Assembly: GCA_013334765.1 (NCBI GenBank)
Contig: JAAXWW010000001.1
Location: forward strand, 172,589 to 236,588
DNA: 64,000 bases
Direction of reading: 5' to 3'
Source of the DNA: Candidatus Moraniibacteriota bacterium
Lineage (GTDB): Bacteria > Patescibacteriota > Minisyncoccia > Moranbacterales > UBA2206
Part shown: piece after piece, positions 1 to 8,544 of the stretch
Numbering within the stretch: the stretch's first letter is position 1
Layout of the letters: the number at the start of each line of letters is the position of its first letter
Made by a program: the position numbers and the translations under genes
The notes under the pieces: generated by a model
Told to the model about the DNA's origin: nothing
The model's database searches: none
The model's input: the letters and a program-made list of their open reading frames with translations, nothing else

Positions 1-159
1 AGATGTTCGAAGAAATCGTGAGGGGTGATGCGGATTGCGTGCTGAATTATTTCTTAGAGAATAAAGATAAGGTTAAGGGGGAGATAGTGGTAATTGCTTA
101 TTAAAAGGGGTGTCATTCCCGCGCGATTGCGGTAAAGGTAACGTATCGATTATAAATAC

Positions 160-612
160 ATGAAAGATCTAATAAAAAATAATTTGATTGTCGAATTGCA
201 TGTCCCTAATCTAGAGGTTGTGAAGGATTTTTATTCTAAACTCGGATTTTCTGTTTCAATGTATGACAAATCAAATGATAAAGAGCTGGGATACCTAACT
301 ATGACTAGATCAGATAAAATGGGTAGAACCATGCTTAATTTTTATGGTGGAGATGAACGGGTTTATAATCAATCATTCTTCAAACAATTTCCCAGAGATA
401 CGAAACGGGGATATGCTGCAGAAATAACCATAGTCACTGAAAAAGTAGAGGAATTATATAATGCGATTAGGCTCGAATTAAAAGAGTGTATAGTCAGAGA
501 AATAAAGGTCCTGGAAGACCATGACCACAAATGGAAGGATTTCAGAATGATTGACCCATTCGGATTTTATTTAAGATTTACTGAACTTATTGATTGGGGA
601 CAAAAATTCTAA
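160..612 (+). CDS. VOC/glyoxalase-bleomycin resistance family protein (tentative)
   Basis: 150-aa ORF with N-terminal 'LIVELHVPNLEVVKDFYSKLGF' typical of the VOC fold (by pattern only). A perfect 8-bp hairpin follows at 622-643. Confidence 0.4.
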   Translation: MKDLIKNNLIVELHVPNLEVVKDFYSKLGFSVSMYDKSNDKELGYLTMTRSDKMGRTMLNFYGGDERVYNQSFFKQFPRDTKRGYAAEITIVTEKVEELYNAIRLELKECIVREIKVLEDHDHKWKDFRMIDPFGFYLRFTELIDWGQKF

Positions 613-656
613 GCCTGGATTCCCGCCTTTGCGGGAATGACGAGGAAGAGAGTGGA

Positions 657-980
657 ATGATAATAAAAATGAAAAGAATAAAAGTAAGTGTTTGTTTGTT
701 GTTATGGGGATTTATCCCTTATTATGTTAATGCATGTTACTCGACTCCTATACAAGATAATGTGAGAGACTTGATGGCTAATGTAGGAGTCCCTATGGCA
801 TGGCTGTTGATGTTTGTGTTTCTTTCCCACATTGTCGTTTCTTTGGTTAAGATTGAGGACAAACGAAAGAGGAAAATCAAAGAAACGTTACTCTATATAG
901 GAATTATTTCATTTACTATTATAATGTGTATAGCAATTTTATCATTTTATTATGGTAGCTGTACTTCGAGAAATTTTTAA
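657..980 (+). CDS. hypothetical small membrane protein
   Basis: AT-rich ORF with two hydrophobic helices. Start chosen at internal ATG 657, which follows a purine-rich stretch. No recognisable family. Confidence 0.25.
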   Translation: MIIKMKRIKVSVCLLLWGFIPYYVNACYSTPIQDNVRDLMANVGVPMAWLLMFVFLSHIVVSLVKIEDKRKRKIKETLLYIGIISFTIIMCIAILSFYYGSCTSRNF

Positions 981-984
981 AACT

Positions 985-2400
985 ATGAAAAATAAATTCT
1001 ACATAACAACGACTCTGCCGTACGTGAATGCCAATCCGCATATCGGTTTTGCCAAAGAAATAATCGAGGCGGATGTTTTGGCGCGATTCTATCGTGGGAA
1101 GTTGGGAGCTGAAAACGTCTTTTTCAACACCGGAGTCGATGAGCATGGGCTCAAGATTTTCAGGAAGGCAGAAGAGCTCGGAATAAGCCCGCAGGATTAT
1201 TGCGATGATAAGGCGCCGGAATTCGACAAACTGAAGCAGGCTCTCAACCTTAGCTATGACCATTTCATAAGAACAACCGATAAGAATCATGTCGAGGCGG
1301 CGCAGGAATTCTGGAGATTATGCGATAAGAGCGGTGATATATACAAAAAGATATACAAGGTTAAATATTGCGTCGGGTGCGAACTGGAGAAGACCGATTC
1401 AGAGCTTATTGACGGAAAGTGTCCACTTCATCCGAATGCGGAACTTGAAATAATCGAGGAAGAGAATTATTTTTTCCGCTTTTCCAAATATCAAGAAAAG
1501 CTCCTTGAACTTTTTAAGAATAACCCTGGTTTCGTTCTGCCTCAGAAGAGGCTTAATGAAGTGAAGAGCTTTATGGAAAGGGGACTGGAGGATTTCAGCA
1601 TCTCCCGTCTCAAAAGCAAGATGCCTTGGGGAGTGCCTGTTCCTGAAAATGATGAGCATGTCATGTATGTCTGGTTCGATGCGCTCGTGAATTATATCTC
1701 GACGCTAGGATGGCCGAATAATAAGGATAATTTCGAGAAATTCTGGCCGGGATTCCAGGTGTGCGGAAAAGACAATCTTCGCCAACAGTCAGCTATGTGG
1801 CAAGCCATGCTTATGTCGGCTGATCTTCCTAATTCTGAGCAAATATTTATTAATGGCTTCATAACGGTGGATGGGCAGAAAATGAGCAAGAGCATTGGGA
1901 ATGTCATTTCTCCGATTGAAATGGCGGATAAATTCGGAATCGACGCGACGAGGTATCTTCTTTTGGCCGGAGGTAATTTCGGAGAGGACTTCGACATTAC
2001 CTGGGAAAAGCTTGTTGAAAAATATAATGCCGATCTTGCTAACGGACTTGGGAATTTGGTTTCGCGAGTCATCAAGTTGAGTGAGGGGGGTGACGGAATA
2101 AGGAAGGAAAAAAAAGCGATTGCTGATATGTCTTCGTATTTTTCCAATATGGAACTGGGTCAGGGGCTTGAGTTTATATGGAATATGATATCGGAAGATA
2201 ACAAGTTCATCGAAGAGAACAAGCCTTGGGAACTCAAGAAAAACGATCAGGAAAAATTCAGATCCGTCATGGAAAAACTCATAACCGATCTTCATTCCAT
2301 TTCCGAGCTGCTCATTCCGTTCATGCCTGAAACTTCCGAGAAGATAAAAAAAGCCCTTGAAGAAGGGAAGACGGAAATATTATTTCAAAGGATAAGATAA
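985..2400 (+). CDS. metG: methionyl-tRNA synthetase (minimal form)
   Basis: Class I aaRS with KMSKS ('QKMSKSIGNVISP'), 'YVWFDAL' and 'DFSISR' MetRS motifs. The HIGH-region variant is 'NPHIGF'. Start moved to internal ATG 985 (MKNKFYITT). Confidence 0.8.
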   Translation: MKNKFYITTTLPYVNANPHIGFAKEIIEADVLARFYRGKLGAENVFFNTGVDEHGLKIFRKAEELGISPQDYCDDKAPEFDKLKQALNLSYDHFIRTTDKNHVEAAQEFWRLCDKSGDIYKKIYKVKYCVGCELEKTDSELIDGKCPLHPNAELEIIEEENYFFRFSKYQEKLLELFKNNPGFVLPQKRLNEVKSFMERGLEDFSISRLKSKMPWGVPVPENDEHVMYVWFDALVNYISTLGWPNNKDNFEKFWPGFQVCGKDNLRQQSAMWQAMLMSADLPNSEQIFINGFITVDGQKMSKSIGNVISPIEMADKFGIDATRYLLLAGGNFGEDFDITWEKLVEKYNADLANGLGNLVSRVIKLSEGGDGIRKEKKAIADMSSYFSNMELGQGLEFIWNMISEDNKFIEENKPWELKKNDQEKFRSVMEKLITDLHSISELLIPFMPETSEKIKKALEEGKTEILFQRIR

Positions 2401-2404
2401 TCAT

Positions 2405-3259
2405 ATGTTAATCGACACGCATGCGCATCTGAATTTCGGGGCGTTCAGGGAGGACGCGGATGAAGTCATCAAGAGGTCGCTTGACGCGGGGATGATGATC
2501 GTCAACGTCGGGTCGCAATATTCCACTTCGGCGCGCGCCGTCAAATATGCCAAGAAATATCCGGGCAAGCTCTTTGCGGCAGTCGGAACGCACCCGATCC
2601 ATCTTCACGCGGGGAATTTCAGCTACAAGGATCAGGACGACGAGCTTCTTATTGAGGAAATAGCGACGATCGGTGAGGATGTCGATTTCGAGAAATATCG
2701 CGAGCTGGCTTTGGAAAAGGAAGTGGTGGCAATCGGGGAGATCGGGCTGGATTATCATCATTTCAATGAGGGCGATGACAGGGAAAGGATGAAGGCAAGG
2801 CAGAAGGAGGTTTTCCTGGGATTCATCAATCTGGCAAACGTTGTCGGCAAGCCAGTCATGATCCATTGCTGGGACGCATATGAGGACCTCCTGGAAATCC
2901 TGGAAAGCAACCCAGTCAAGAAGGCAGGGATCATCCATAGCTTTATCGGAGGGTATAGGACTGCCAAGAGATTCATCGAACTGGGGTATAAAATCGGGCT
3001 TAACGGCATCGTGACCTATGGCATAAGCTATGACCGGCTCATCAAAGAAACGGATTTGAGCGATATCGTCCTGGAAACGGATTGCCCATATCTGGCTCCG
3101 GGACCCAAGAAAGGTGAGAGGAACGAGCCTCTCTACACGGCCTATGTCGCTGAGAAAATCGCTGAAATAAAGAATATGACTGAGAAAGAGGTTGCTGAAA
3201 TAACAAGCCGAAATGCTCGAGAAATGCTTGAAATGGAGACAAATTGCAATTCAAACTAG
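2405..3259 (+). CDS. tatD: TatD-family metal-dependent hydrolase/DNase
   Basis: N-terminal 'LIDTHAHLNF' and 'GEIGLDYHH' TatD signatures. 284 aa. Confidence 0.85.
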   Translation: MLIDTHAHLNFGAFREDADEVIKRSLDAGMMIVNVGSQYSTSARAVKYAKKYPGKLFAAVGTHPIHLHAGNFSYKDQDDELLIEEIATIGEDVDFEKYRELALEKEVVAIGEIGLDYHHFNEGDDRERMKARQKEVFLGFINLANVVGKPVMIHCWDAYEDLLEILESNPVKKAGIIHSFIGGYRTAKRFIELGYKIGLNGIVTYGISYDRLIKETDLSDIVLETDCPYLAPGPKKGERNEPLYTAYVAEKIAEIKNMTEKEVAEITSRNAREMLEMETNCNSN

Positions 3260-3286
3260 ATTACAGGGGGGGGGGCAAAACCTTAA

Positions 3287-4261
3287 TGTGACAGATACAT
3301 ATTGAACACTATGAATATGATTCGAATTTTTCCATCGGCGTCATCAGATTCAATGATAAGTGCGGCCTTTTGAAATTGTATTCCTGCAGGAATATCTGGA
3401 ACTGGCTATTGAGGTCATGCAGGTCCTTAGCCGGCCTGTATCGCCAAAAGAAGAATTCTTCCTCATCGGTCCGGAATGATCTTTCGATGACCGCGTTCTC
3501 GTTGGGAGTCCGCTTGTGGATGAAGTGGTGCTTGATCTTCGAGCTTTCCAAAAAATTATCGAATGCTGATTGGAATTCCGCCCCGTTGTCGGTCTGGATG
3601 AAATGCACGCCAAAAGGCAGCGTGGGCAGCAGCACCTTCAGGGCGGCTACCGATGAATGGGCATCCAGGTAGGGAACGATCACGGCCTGCTTGTAACGCG
3701 AATATATGTCGATCACGGCGTATTCGAAGCAGGTATGCGGCAAGCCTGAGAGTTCGGGAGTGATGTATTTGACGTCCATCTGCAAATATCCCGGACGTTC
3801 TGCATTCCTAGTATGCATATGGGTGGTGGGTTGTAATTTAGGTCGGCGGTATTGCGTTTGCTTGGGGATCAATCTGCGCTTGTCCAGAAAACGATGGACG
3901 GTCCGGCGATGATAGTCCAAGCCCAGGATGTATCTCAGTTTGATCGCTCCGTAATTCGTTTCCTTTCTGGCGATAGTAATCTGATCCTGATGCGCTGAAA
4001 CAATCGTTGTTTCTCTGACAGTCTTCGGACGGGTTGATTTCCTTTCCAGGTTTGCTGAGCTCAAAGCCAGGTTCGAATGGATGCTCCTGGCTCGCTTTTT
4101 CCAAAAAATCACCGTGCCCGGGCTGATGCCGAGCATTCTAGCCGTTGCCCTGATTCTACCCTGATTCTTCTTCAATGTTAAGATGATTTCCCTTGGCTTT
4201 TTGCGCATATTGTTGCTTTCACTGCTATTGTAGCGGAAAGTGTTCAATATGTTGTGTCACA
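3287..4261 (-). mobile_element. IS481-family insertion sequence (compact, ~975 bp)
   Basis: Imperfect 24-bp terminal inverted repeats: TGTGACAGATACATATTGAACACT at 3287-3310 and AGTGTTCAATATGTTGTGTCACA at 4239-4261 (outer ends TGTGACA). They enclose a single DDE transposase ORF. No clear target-site duplication. Confidence 0.6.
3309..4208 (-). CDS. IS481-family DDE transposase (HTH + rve integrase core)
   Basis: N-terminal HTH ('ATARMLGISPGTVIFW') followed by a retroviral-type integrase core ('HFIQTDNGAEF…HKRTPNENAVIER'). Start taken at ATG 4208; an alternative TTG start lies at 4247 inside the right inverted repeat. Confidence 0.8.
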   Translation of the reverse strand: MRKKPREIILTLKKNQGRIRATARMLGISPGTVIFWKKRARSIHSNLALSSANLERKSTRPKTVRETTIVSAHQDQITIARKETNYGAIKLRYILGLDYHRRTVHRFLDKRRLIPKQTQYRRPKLQPTTHMHTRNAERPGYLQMDVKYITPELSGLPHTCFEYAVIDIYSRYKQAVIVPYLDAHSSVAALKVLLPTLPFGVHFIQTDNGAEFQSAFDNFLESSKIKHHFIHKRTPNENAVIERSFRTDEEEFFFWRYRPAKDLHDLNSQFQIFLQEYNFKRPHLSLNLMTPMEKFESYS

Positions 4262-4272
4262 ATAAGCAAAAC

Positions 4273-4301
4273 TTGACAAAGTAACAAGTTAGGTGTAAAA
4301 T
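4273..4301 (+). promoter_or_regulatory. sigma70-like promoter for the DGR target gene
   Basis: TTGACA (4273-4278), 17-bp spacer, TAAAAT (4296-4301). It sits just outside the IS right end and ~110 bp upstream of the 4410 ATG, which has a good RBS (aaaGGAGact). Confidence 0.45.
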
Positions 4302-4409
4302 TCAAAGCTAGTTCTTTTCAGGCGAGCCTATGGTTTTGACGCAGTGTTGAGATTGGGGCTGGCCATTAAACATGCGCCACTGTAAAGTGACCGCAAAAGG
4401 AGACTTGCG

Positions 4410-5132
4410 ATGAAAGATGCAACCTTGAAACAGGCAGGAAAAGTATTGACGCTCATGGAAAACACCCCGTGCGAGCAGTTGCAGGAACTTTTGGGATCGG
4501 GACTGCTTTCTGATTTGCTGAGCTGCGATACGAAGCGCATTAGCCGTGACGAATTCAGGAAAATGTGCGGACTCAAGCCTCTCGTCCCCGAACCAGTGGT
4601 ACGCCTTTGGCAAGAACGGGATGGCGTGATTCGCTTCACGCTTCCGCCCACCGACGGAACGACCGGACCGCAGTGGATTGATCGCCTCGAAGGAAAAGGC
4701 TTCAGGCTTTCGAAGTGGGCAAAAGATGTCCTCAATTCGGAGGACTTCAAGCCGACGAGCGGTGTGATCTGCGAGATCGCGGTGCTCAAGGGGATGCTCT
4801 GGAATGACAACAAGCGCATAATCAAGAACATCCGCGCAGATGCCGACAATCGCAAACTGACCAAACCGAGCGCCGAGGTCGCCTGCATGATCCGCGAGAT
4901 GTTCTCGGATGATGAGATCGAAGCCATGGGTCTTTTCTTTGTTGTCACAATGCATGAACCCATCATCGATTCCGATGGTGGTCCGGATCTTCTCTATGCG
5001 CGCCGTGACGGTGGCGGTCGTTGGATGCACACGGCGTGTGTCGGGCCTGACTATGAGTGGCGTTGCGGCTATGGTTTTGCCTTCGTCGCCTCGCAAGTTG
5101 TCAGTGCTCAGGACTCGGCCACTCAGAGCTAG
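4410..5132 (+). CDS. DGR target (variable) protein with C-terminal C-type-lectin/FGE-like fold carrying the VR
   Basis: 240 aa and GC-rich relative to its surroundings. The C-terminal 'RRDGGGRWMHTACVGPDYEWRCGYGFAFVAS' resembles CLec/FGE-fold DGR targets. The last ~130 bp are near-identically repeated downstream (TR). Confidence 0.7.
   Translation: MKDATLKQAGKVLTLMENTPCEQLQELLGSGLLSDLLSCDTKRISRDEFRKMCGLKPLVPEPVVRLWQERDGVIRFTLPPTDGTTGPQWIDRLEGKGFRLSKWAKDVLNSEDFKPTSGVICEIAVLKGMLWNDNKRIIKNIRADADNRKLTKPSAEVACMIREMFSDDEIEAMGLFFVVTMHEPIIDSDGGPDLLYARRDGGGRWMHTACVGPDYEWRCGYGFAFVASQVVSAQDSATQS
4967..5096 (+). repeat. DGR variable repeat (VR)
   Basis: 130-bp near-identical copy of 5428-5557. Differs at 9 positions: 8 correspond to adenines in the other copy (A->G, T or C) and 1 is C->T. 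Confidence 0.8.
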
Positions 5133-5153
5133 TCCTCTCTAGAATCAAAAACG

Positions 5154-5196
5154 GAGCCTCGCGTGGAAATTATCACGCGGGGCTCTTTTATTTTAT
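5154..5196 (+). terminator. Rho-independent terminator after the DGR target gene
   Basis: ~12-bp stem (GGAGCCTCGCGTG / CACGCGGGGCTC) followed by TTTTATTTTAT. Confidence 0.55.
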
Positions 5197-5427
5197 GCTA
5201 AAATAAAACAGGTAGTAGGAAAGAACGCGGGCGATCACGGTTTCCCGCTTCCGAATCCAGTATCCATGTGTCGAGATTATCCGCGACCAAGGTTTCGGAT
5301 AGGGTGACGCATGCAGAAACTTCAAAAAATGAAGATACTTGGTGTGAAATGCTAGGGCATTTAAGATGCCGAATAAGATTCAACCCCGAGAGTATTCGAA
5401 GGGTGGTGGCAAGGGTGGCATTTCGCG

Positions 5428-5557
5428 CAATTCCGATGGTGGTCCGGATCTTCTCTATGCGCGCCGTGACGGTGGCGGTCGTTGGATGCACACGGCGTGT
5501 GTCAGGCCTGACAATGAGTGGAATCGCGACAATGGTTTTGCCTTCGTCGCCTCGAAA
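5428..5557 (+). repeat. DGR template repeat (TR)
   Basis: Invariant template copy. It carries AAT/AAC codons (N) at the positions that differ in VR (N->Y, N->R, D->G, R->G). Confidence 0.8.
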
Positions 5558-5563
5558 TTCTCT

Positions 5564-5902
5564 TTATTTTTCCTCTCCCTTATTGTTGGGAGAGGTTTTC
5601 TTTACAAGACTTCCATACCGACCGCCAAGATCTTTGCCGATCGAGTTCAGTTTTTCAGAAAGGAGAATATATTTTTTATCATCTAAAGATTTTGTTTCCC
5701 AAAGAATATTGAGAAAAATTTTTAGAACATCGGATTTACGAATGGCTAATCGGATGTATGGAATTTTTTCCTCGCCCTTCAAAAAAGCAGCAGCTGCAAC
5801 TGATTCGATTATTCCCATAAACAACCTGTCCGTCTTTTGCCCGAGGGTATATCTATGAGTGGTTGGTAAAATGCGATAATATCCGTACCATAATAAATAC
5901 AA
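5564..5902 (-). CDS. Avd-like accessory variability determinant (four-helix-bundle, S23-IVS family), tentative
   Basis: 112-aa minus-strand ORF between TR and RT. 'LGQKTDRLFMGIIESVAAAAF…IPYIRLAIRKSDVLKIFLNILWETKSL…LSEKLNSIGKDLGGRY' parallels the Avd/four-helix-bundle pattern (…eigkmLggw). Its orientation is opposite to RT and TR, which is atypical. Confidence 0.4.
   Translation of the reverse strand: MYLLWYGYYRILPTTHRYTLGQKTDRLFMGIIESVAAAAFLKGEEKIPYIRLAIRKSDVLKIFLNILWETKSLDDKKYILLSEKLNSIGKDLGGRYGSLVKKTSPNNKGEEK
5572..5603 (+). terminator. hairpin plus U-tract immediately 3' of TR
   Basis: Perfect 8-bp stem CCTCTCCC/GGGAGAGG with loop TTATTGTT, followed by TTTTCTTT. It may end the TR transcript or form part of the TR-RNA structure. 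Confidence 0.4.
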
Positions 5903-5936
5903 ATCTTTTACCTTATGGAAAACAGAAGGAAGATTA

Positions 5937-7010
5937 GTGCCGGGGGGGGGGTCTAAAAACAGAGTTTTTAGAAAAATTCAATTGGAGCATAGCTTTAAAG
6001 AAATTGTTAGCGTTGAAAACCTGCTCGAAGCTTGGGAGGAATTCATAAGAGGTAAAAGGAAAAAGAGAGATGTTCAAGTTTTCCAAATAAGATTGATGGA
6101 TAACATCCTTGCGTTGCATGAAGATCTTATTAATCATACCTACAAGCACGGAGGATATCAAGCTTTCAAGATAAACGATCCAAAGCCGAGAGACATTCAC
6201 AAGGCGAAAGTTCGCGATCGGCTGTTGCATCATGCAGTTTATAGAATCTTATATCCGTTTTTCGACAGAACATTTATTTCAGATTCGTATTCATGCAGAC
6301 TGAACAAGGGAAGTCATAAGGCAATTAGGAGATTCAGAAAATTCGCGAATAAGGCAAGCAATAACAATACGCGAACATGCTGGATTCTTAAGTGCGACAT
6401 CAGAAAATTCTTCGCCAATATCGATCACGAAATTTTAATGGGCATATTGAAAGAATATATTCTGGACAAGAATATTATTGATCTTCTGGAAAATATTATT
6501 GAAAGTTTTCATTCGCATGACAAGGGAATCGGTCTGCCGCTGGGAAATCTCACTTCGCAATTGTTCGTGAATATCTACATGAACGAATTCGACCAGTTTG
6601 TAAAGCACAAGCTTAAAGCAATGTTTTATATCCGCTATGCCGACGATTTTATGATTCTTTCTGAAAACAAGAAATGGCTGGAAGATCAAATGCCGGTTCT
6701 ACAGGAATTTCTCCAGAAAGAATTGCGACTTGAAATGCATCCCGACAAGGTTTATATCAAGACGCTTTCCTTAGGAGTGGATTTCCTGGGCTGGGTGAAT
6801 TTCTTTGACCATAGGGTGTTGAGAAAATCGACCGGAAAGAGAATGGCGAAAAGGTTAAGCAAGACGCATGATCAGGCGGTTCTTAGCTCCTATCTGGGTA
6901 TTTTATTTCATGGAAATACAGAAAAATTGGTGCAAAAATTTTTCAATGTTGACTTTTTCCGTTTTTTGGGCAAAAATAGAAATGTTGAAGAAAACACGCT
7001 AGGTTCTTGA
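5937..7010 (+). CDS. DGR reverse transcriptase
   Basis: RT motifs are present, including YADD ('IRYADDFMILS'). It carries the DGR-specific [I/L/V]GxxxSQ motif ('LPLGNLTSQLF') in place of the group II intron QGxxxSP. TR lies ~380 bp upstream. The GTG start lies 5 nt upstream of a G10 tract. Confidence 0.85.
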   Translation: MPGGGSKNRVFRKIQLEHSFKEIVSVENLLEAWEEFIRGKRKKRDVQVFQIRLMDNILALHEDLINHTYKHGGYQAFKINDPKPRDIHKAKVRDRLLHHAVYRILYPFFDRTFISDSYSCRLNKGSHKAIRRFRKFANKASNNNTRTCWILKCDIRKFFANIDHEILMGILKEYILDKNIIDLLENIIESFHSHDKGIGLPLGNLTSQLFVNIYMNEFDQFVKHKLKAMFYIRYADDFMILSENKKWLEDQMPVLQEFLQKELRLEMHPDKVYIKTLSLGVDFLGWVNFFDHRVLRKSTGKRMAKRLSKTHDQAVLSSYLGILFHGNTEKLVQKFFNVDFFRFLGKNRNVEENTLGS

Positions 7011-7011
7011 T

Positions 7012-7281
7012 ATGGAAAAGGAAAAAGGCAAAAACGAGGCTCCGTGGTGGCAGCCCTCTTTGATTTTGTTCTATCGGCTGAGCGGCTGGATTGCCGGACC
7101 GGTCATTATTGCGGTTTTCCTGGGAAAGTATCTGGACAGCAGATACGGGACCGAACCTTGGCTTTTTCTTTTGACGGTCGGAATCGCTTTTTTCGTTTCA
7201 ACCATCGGAATCGTCAAGGATTCCATGCGGGAAATGAAAAGGATTGACGAAAAAAACAAGAAGAGCAAGGAGGATAAATAG
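7012..7281 (+). CDS. AtpZ/AtpI-like small membrane protein preceding atpB
   Basis: 89 aa with two TM helices, in the position of ATP synthase protein I. Confidence 0.5.
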   Translation: MEKEKGKNEAPWWQPSLILFYRLSGWIAGPVIIAVFLGKYLDSRYGTEPWLFLLTVGIAFFVSTIGIVKDSMREMKRIDEKNKKSKEDK

Positions 7282-7309
7282 GATTCGAAATTCTTAATTT
7301 TGCAAAGCT

Positions 7310-8179
7310 ATGGCTGCTCATGTCCAAGAATTAAATACTGTTTCCGAGGAGGCTGCGATTCCTGCCAGCCAGGAAGTCTCTCATGAGTCGACATTGTTCG
7401 CCGAGCCGATTTTGAAAGTCGGGAATTTCACCATAACCAATTCATTGATTGCCAGCTGGATAACCGTCGTTATCCTGGTTTTGTTTTTCATCGCCATCGG
7501 GAAGAAAGTGCGGACTGTTCCGAAGGGCGCGCAGAATATTTTCGAATTCCTGCTTGAGAAGGCTCTCGAGATGGCCGACAGCGTGACTGGATCAAGGAAA
7601 AAGTCCGAGAAATTCCTGCCGATTTCGCTGGCTCTTTTTTTGTTTATCCTGGTCAACAACTGGCTGGGGCTTTTGCCCGGGTTCGGAACTATCGGTTTCA
7701 TTGAAGCGGAGGAAGGGCGCAGCGTTTTCGTGCCACTGCTTCGCGGAGGAACGGCCGACATCAATACTACGCTGGCTTTGGCCCTTTTTGCAATCATAGC
7801 CTCGCATGTCATGGGGGCTCTTACTATCGGGATATGGAGTCATTTCAATAAATTCGTGAATCTGAAGGCTTTTCATGAGATACCTAGGAAGATAAAAAAG
7901 GACATTTCGATAGTTCTGGTGAATCCGATCAAGGCTTTCGTCGGCATAGTCGAGCTTATCGGCGAGGTGGCCAAGGTTGCGTCGCTGTCTTTCAGGCTTT
8001 TCGGAAATATCTTCGCTGGCGAAGTCCTTCTGGCTTCGATGATGATGCTGTTCGCATTTTTTCTCCCATTGCCGTTCATGTTTTTGGAAATAATAGTCGG
8101 GATGATCCAGGCGCTCATATTCGCCATGCTGACTTTGGTCTTCATGTCGATCGCGACGCAGGATCATAGCGAACATTGA
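7310..8179 (+). CDS. atpB: F0F1 ATP synthase subunit a
   Basis: 'NNWLGLLPG' and 'FRLFGNIFAGEVLL' subunit-a motifs, including the essential Arg. Confidence 0.9.
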   Translation: MAAHVQELNTVSEEAAIPASQEVSHESTLFAEPILKVGNFTITNSLIASWITVVILVLFFIAIGKKVRTVPKGAQNIFEFLLEKALEMADSVTGSRKKSEKFLPISLALFLFILVNNWLGLLPGFGTIGFIEAEEGRSVFVPLLRGGTADINTTLALALFAIIASHVMGALTIGIWSHFNKFVNLKAFHEIPRKIKKDISIVLVNPIKAFVGIVELIGEVAKVASLSFRLFGNIFAGEVLLASMMMLFAFFLPLPFMFLEIIVGMIQALIFAMLTLVFMSIATQDHSEH

Positions 8180-8246
8180 TTTTGCTAATAAATTTTTAAG
8201 TTTCTGTTTTAGGGCGACTATAAACGAATAACATAAGTCGACCTGA

Positions 8247-8477
<231 letters not shown>

Positions 8478-8544
8478 TTAGCGGTTTTCTCCAGTCCCGT
8501 TTCGGCGGGGTTGGGATAAAATCATTAAATGGAATTTGTCCGGA

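Noticed and set aside
1399-2295. Antisense ORFs inside metG (1399-1659, 1692-2147, 1789-2295), and similarly inside atpA (9586-10863), smc (52024-53532), the GT39 gene (54464-55633), dnaX (62180-63133) and the Nudix/Elp3 region.
   Set aside because: They are entirely contained within well-supported conserved genes on the opposite strand and have no recognisable motifs, so they are shadow ORFs.
4308-5858. Long ORFs antisense to, or overlapping, the VR/TR copies (4308-5096 minus, 5198-5491 minus, 5268-5858 plus, 5366-5686 plus). They share the peptide 'HPTTATVTARIEKIRTTIGI' / 'SDGGPDLLYARRDGGGRWMHTAC'.
   Set aside because: They exist only because the 130-bp repeat is GC-rich and open in several frames. 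They cut across the terminator and the TR non-coding flanks and have no start context. They were treated as artefacts of the DGR repeat.
5937-7010. Considered whether the RT is a retron, group II intron maturase, or a defence-associated (DRT/Abi) reverse transcriptase rather than a DGR RT.
   Set aside because: There is no intron RNA domain structure, no maturase X or endonuclease domain, and no adjacent effector gene. The protein has the DGR-specific LGNLTSQ motif, and an A-mutagenised VR/TR pair lies directly upstream.
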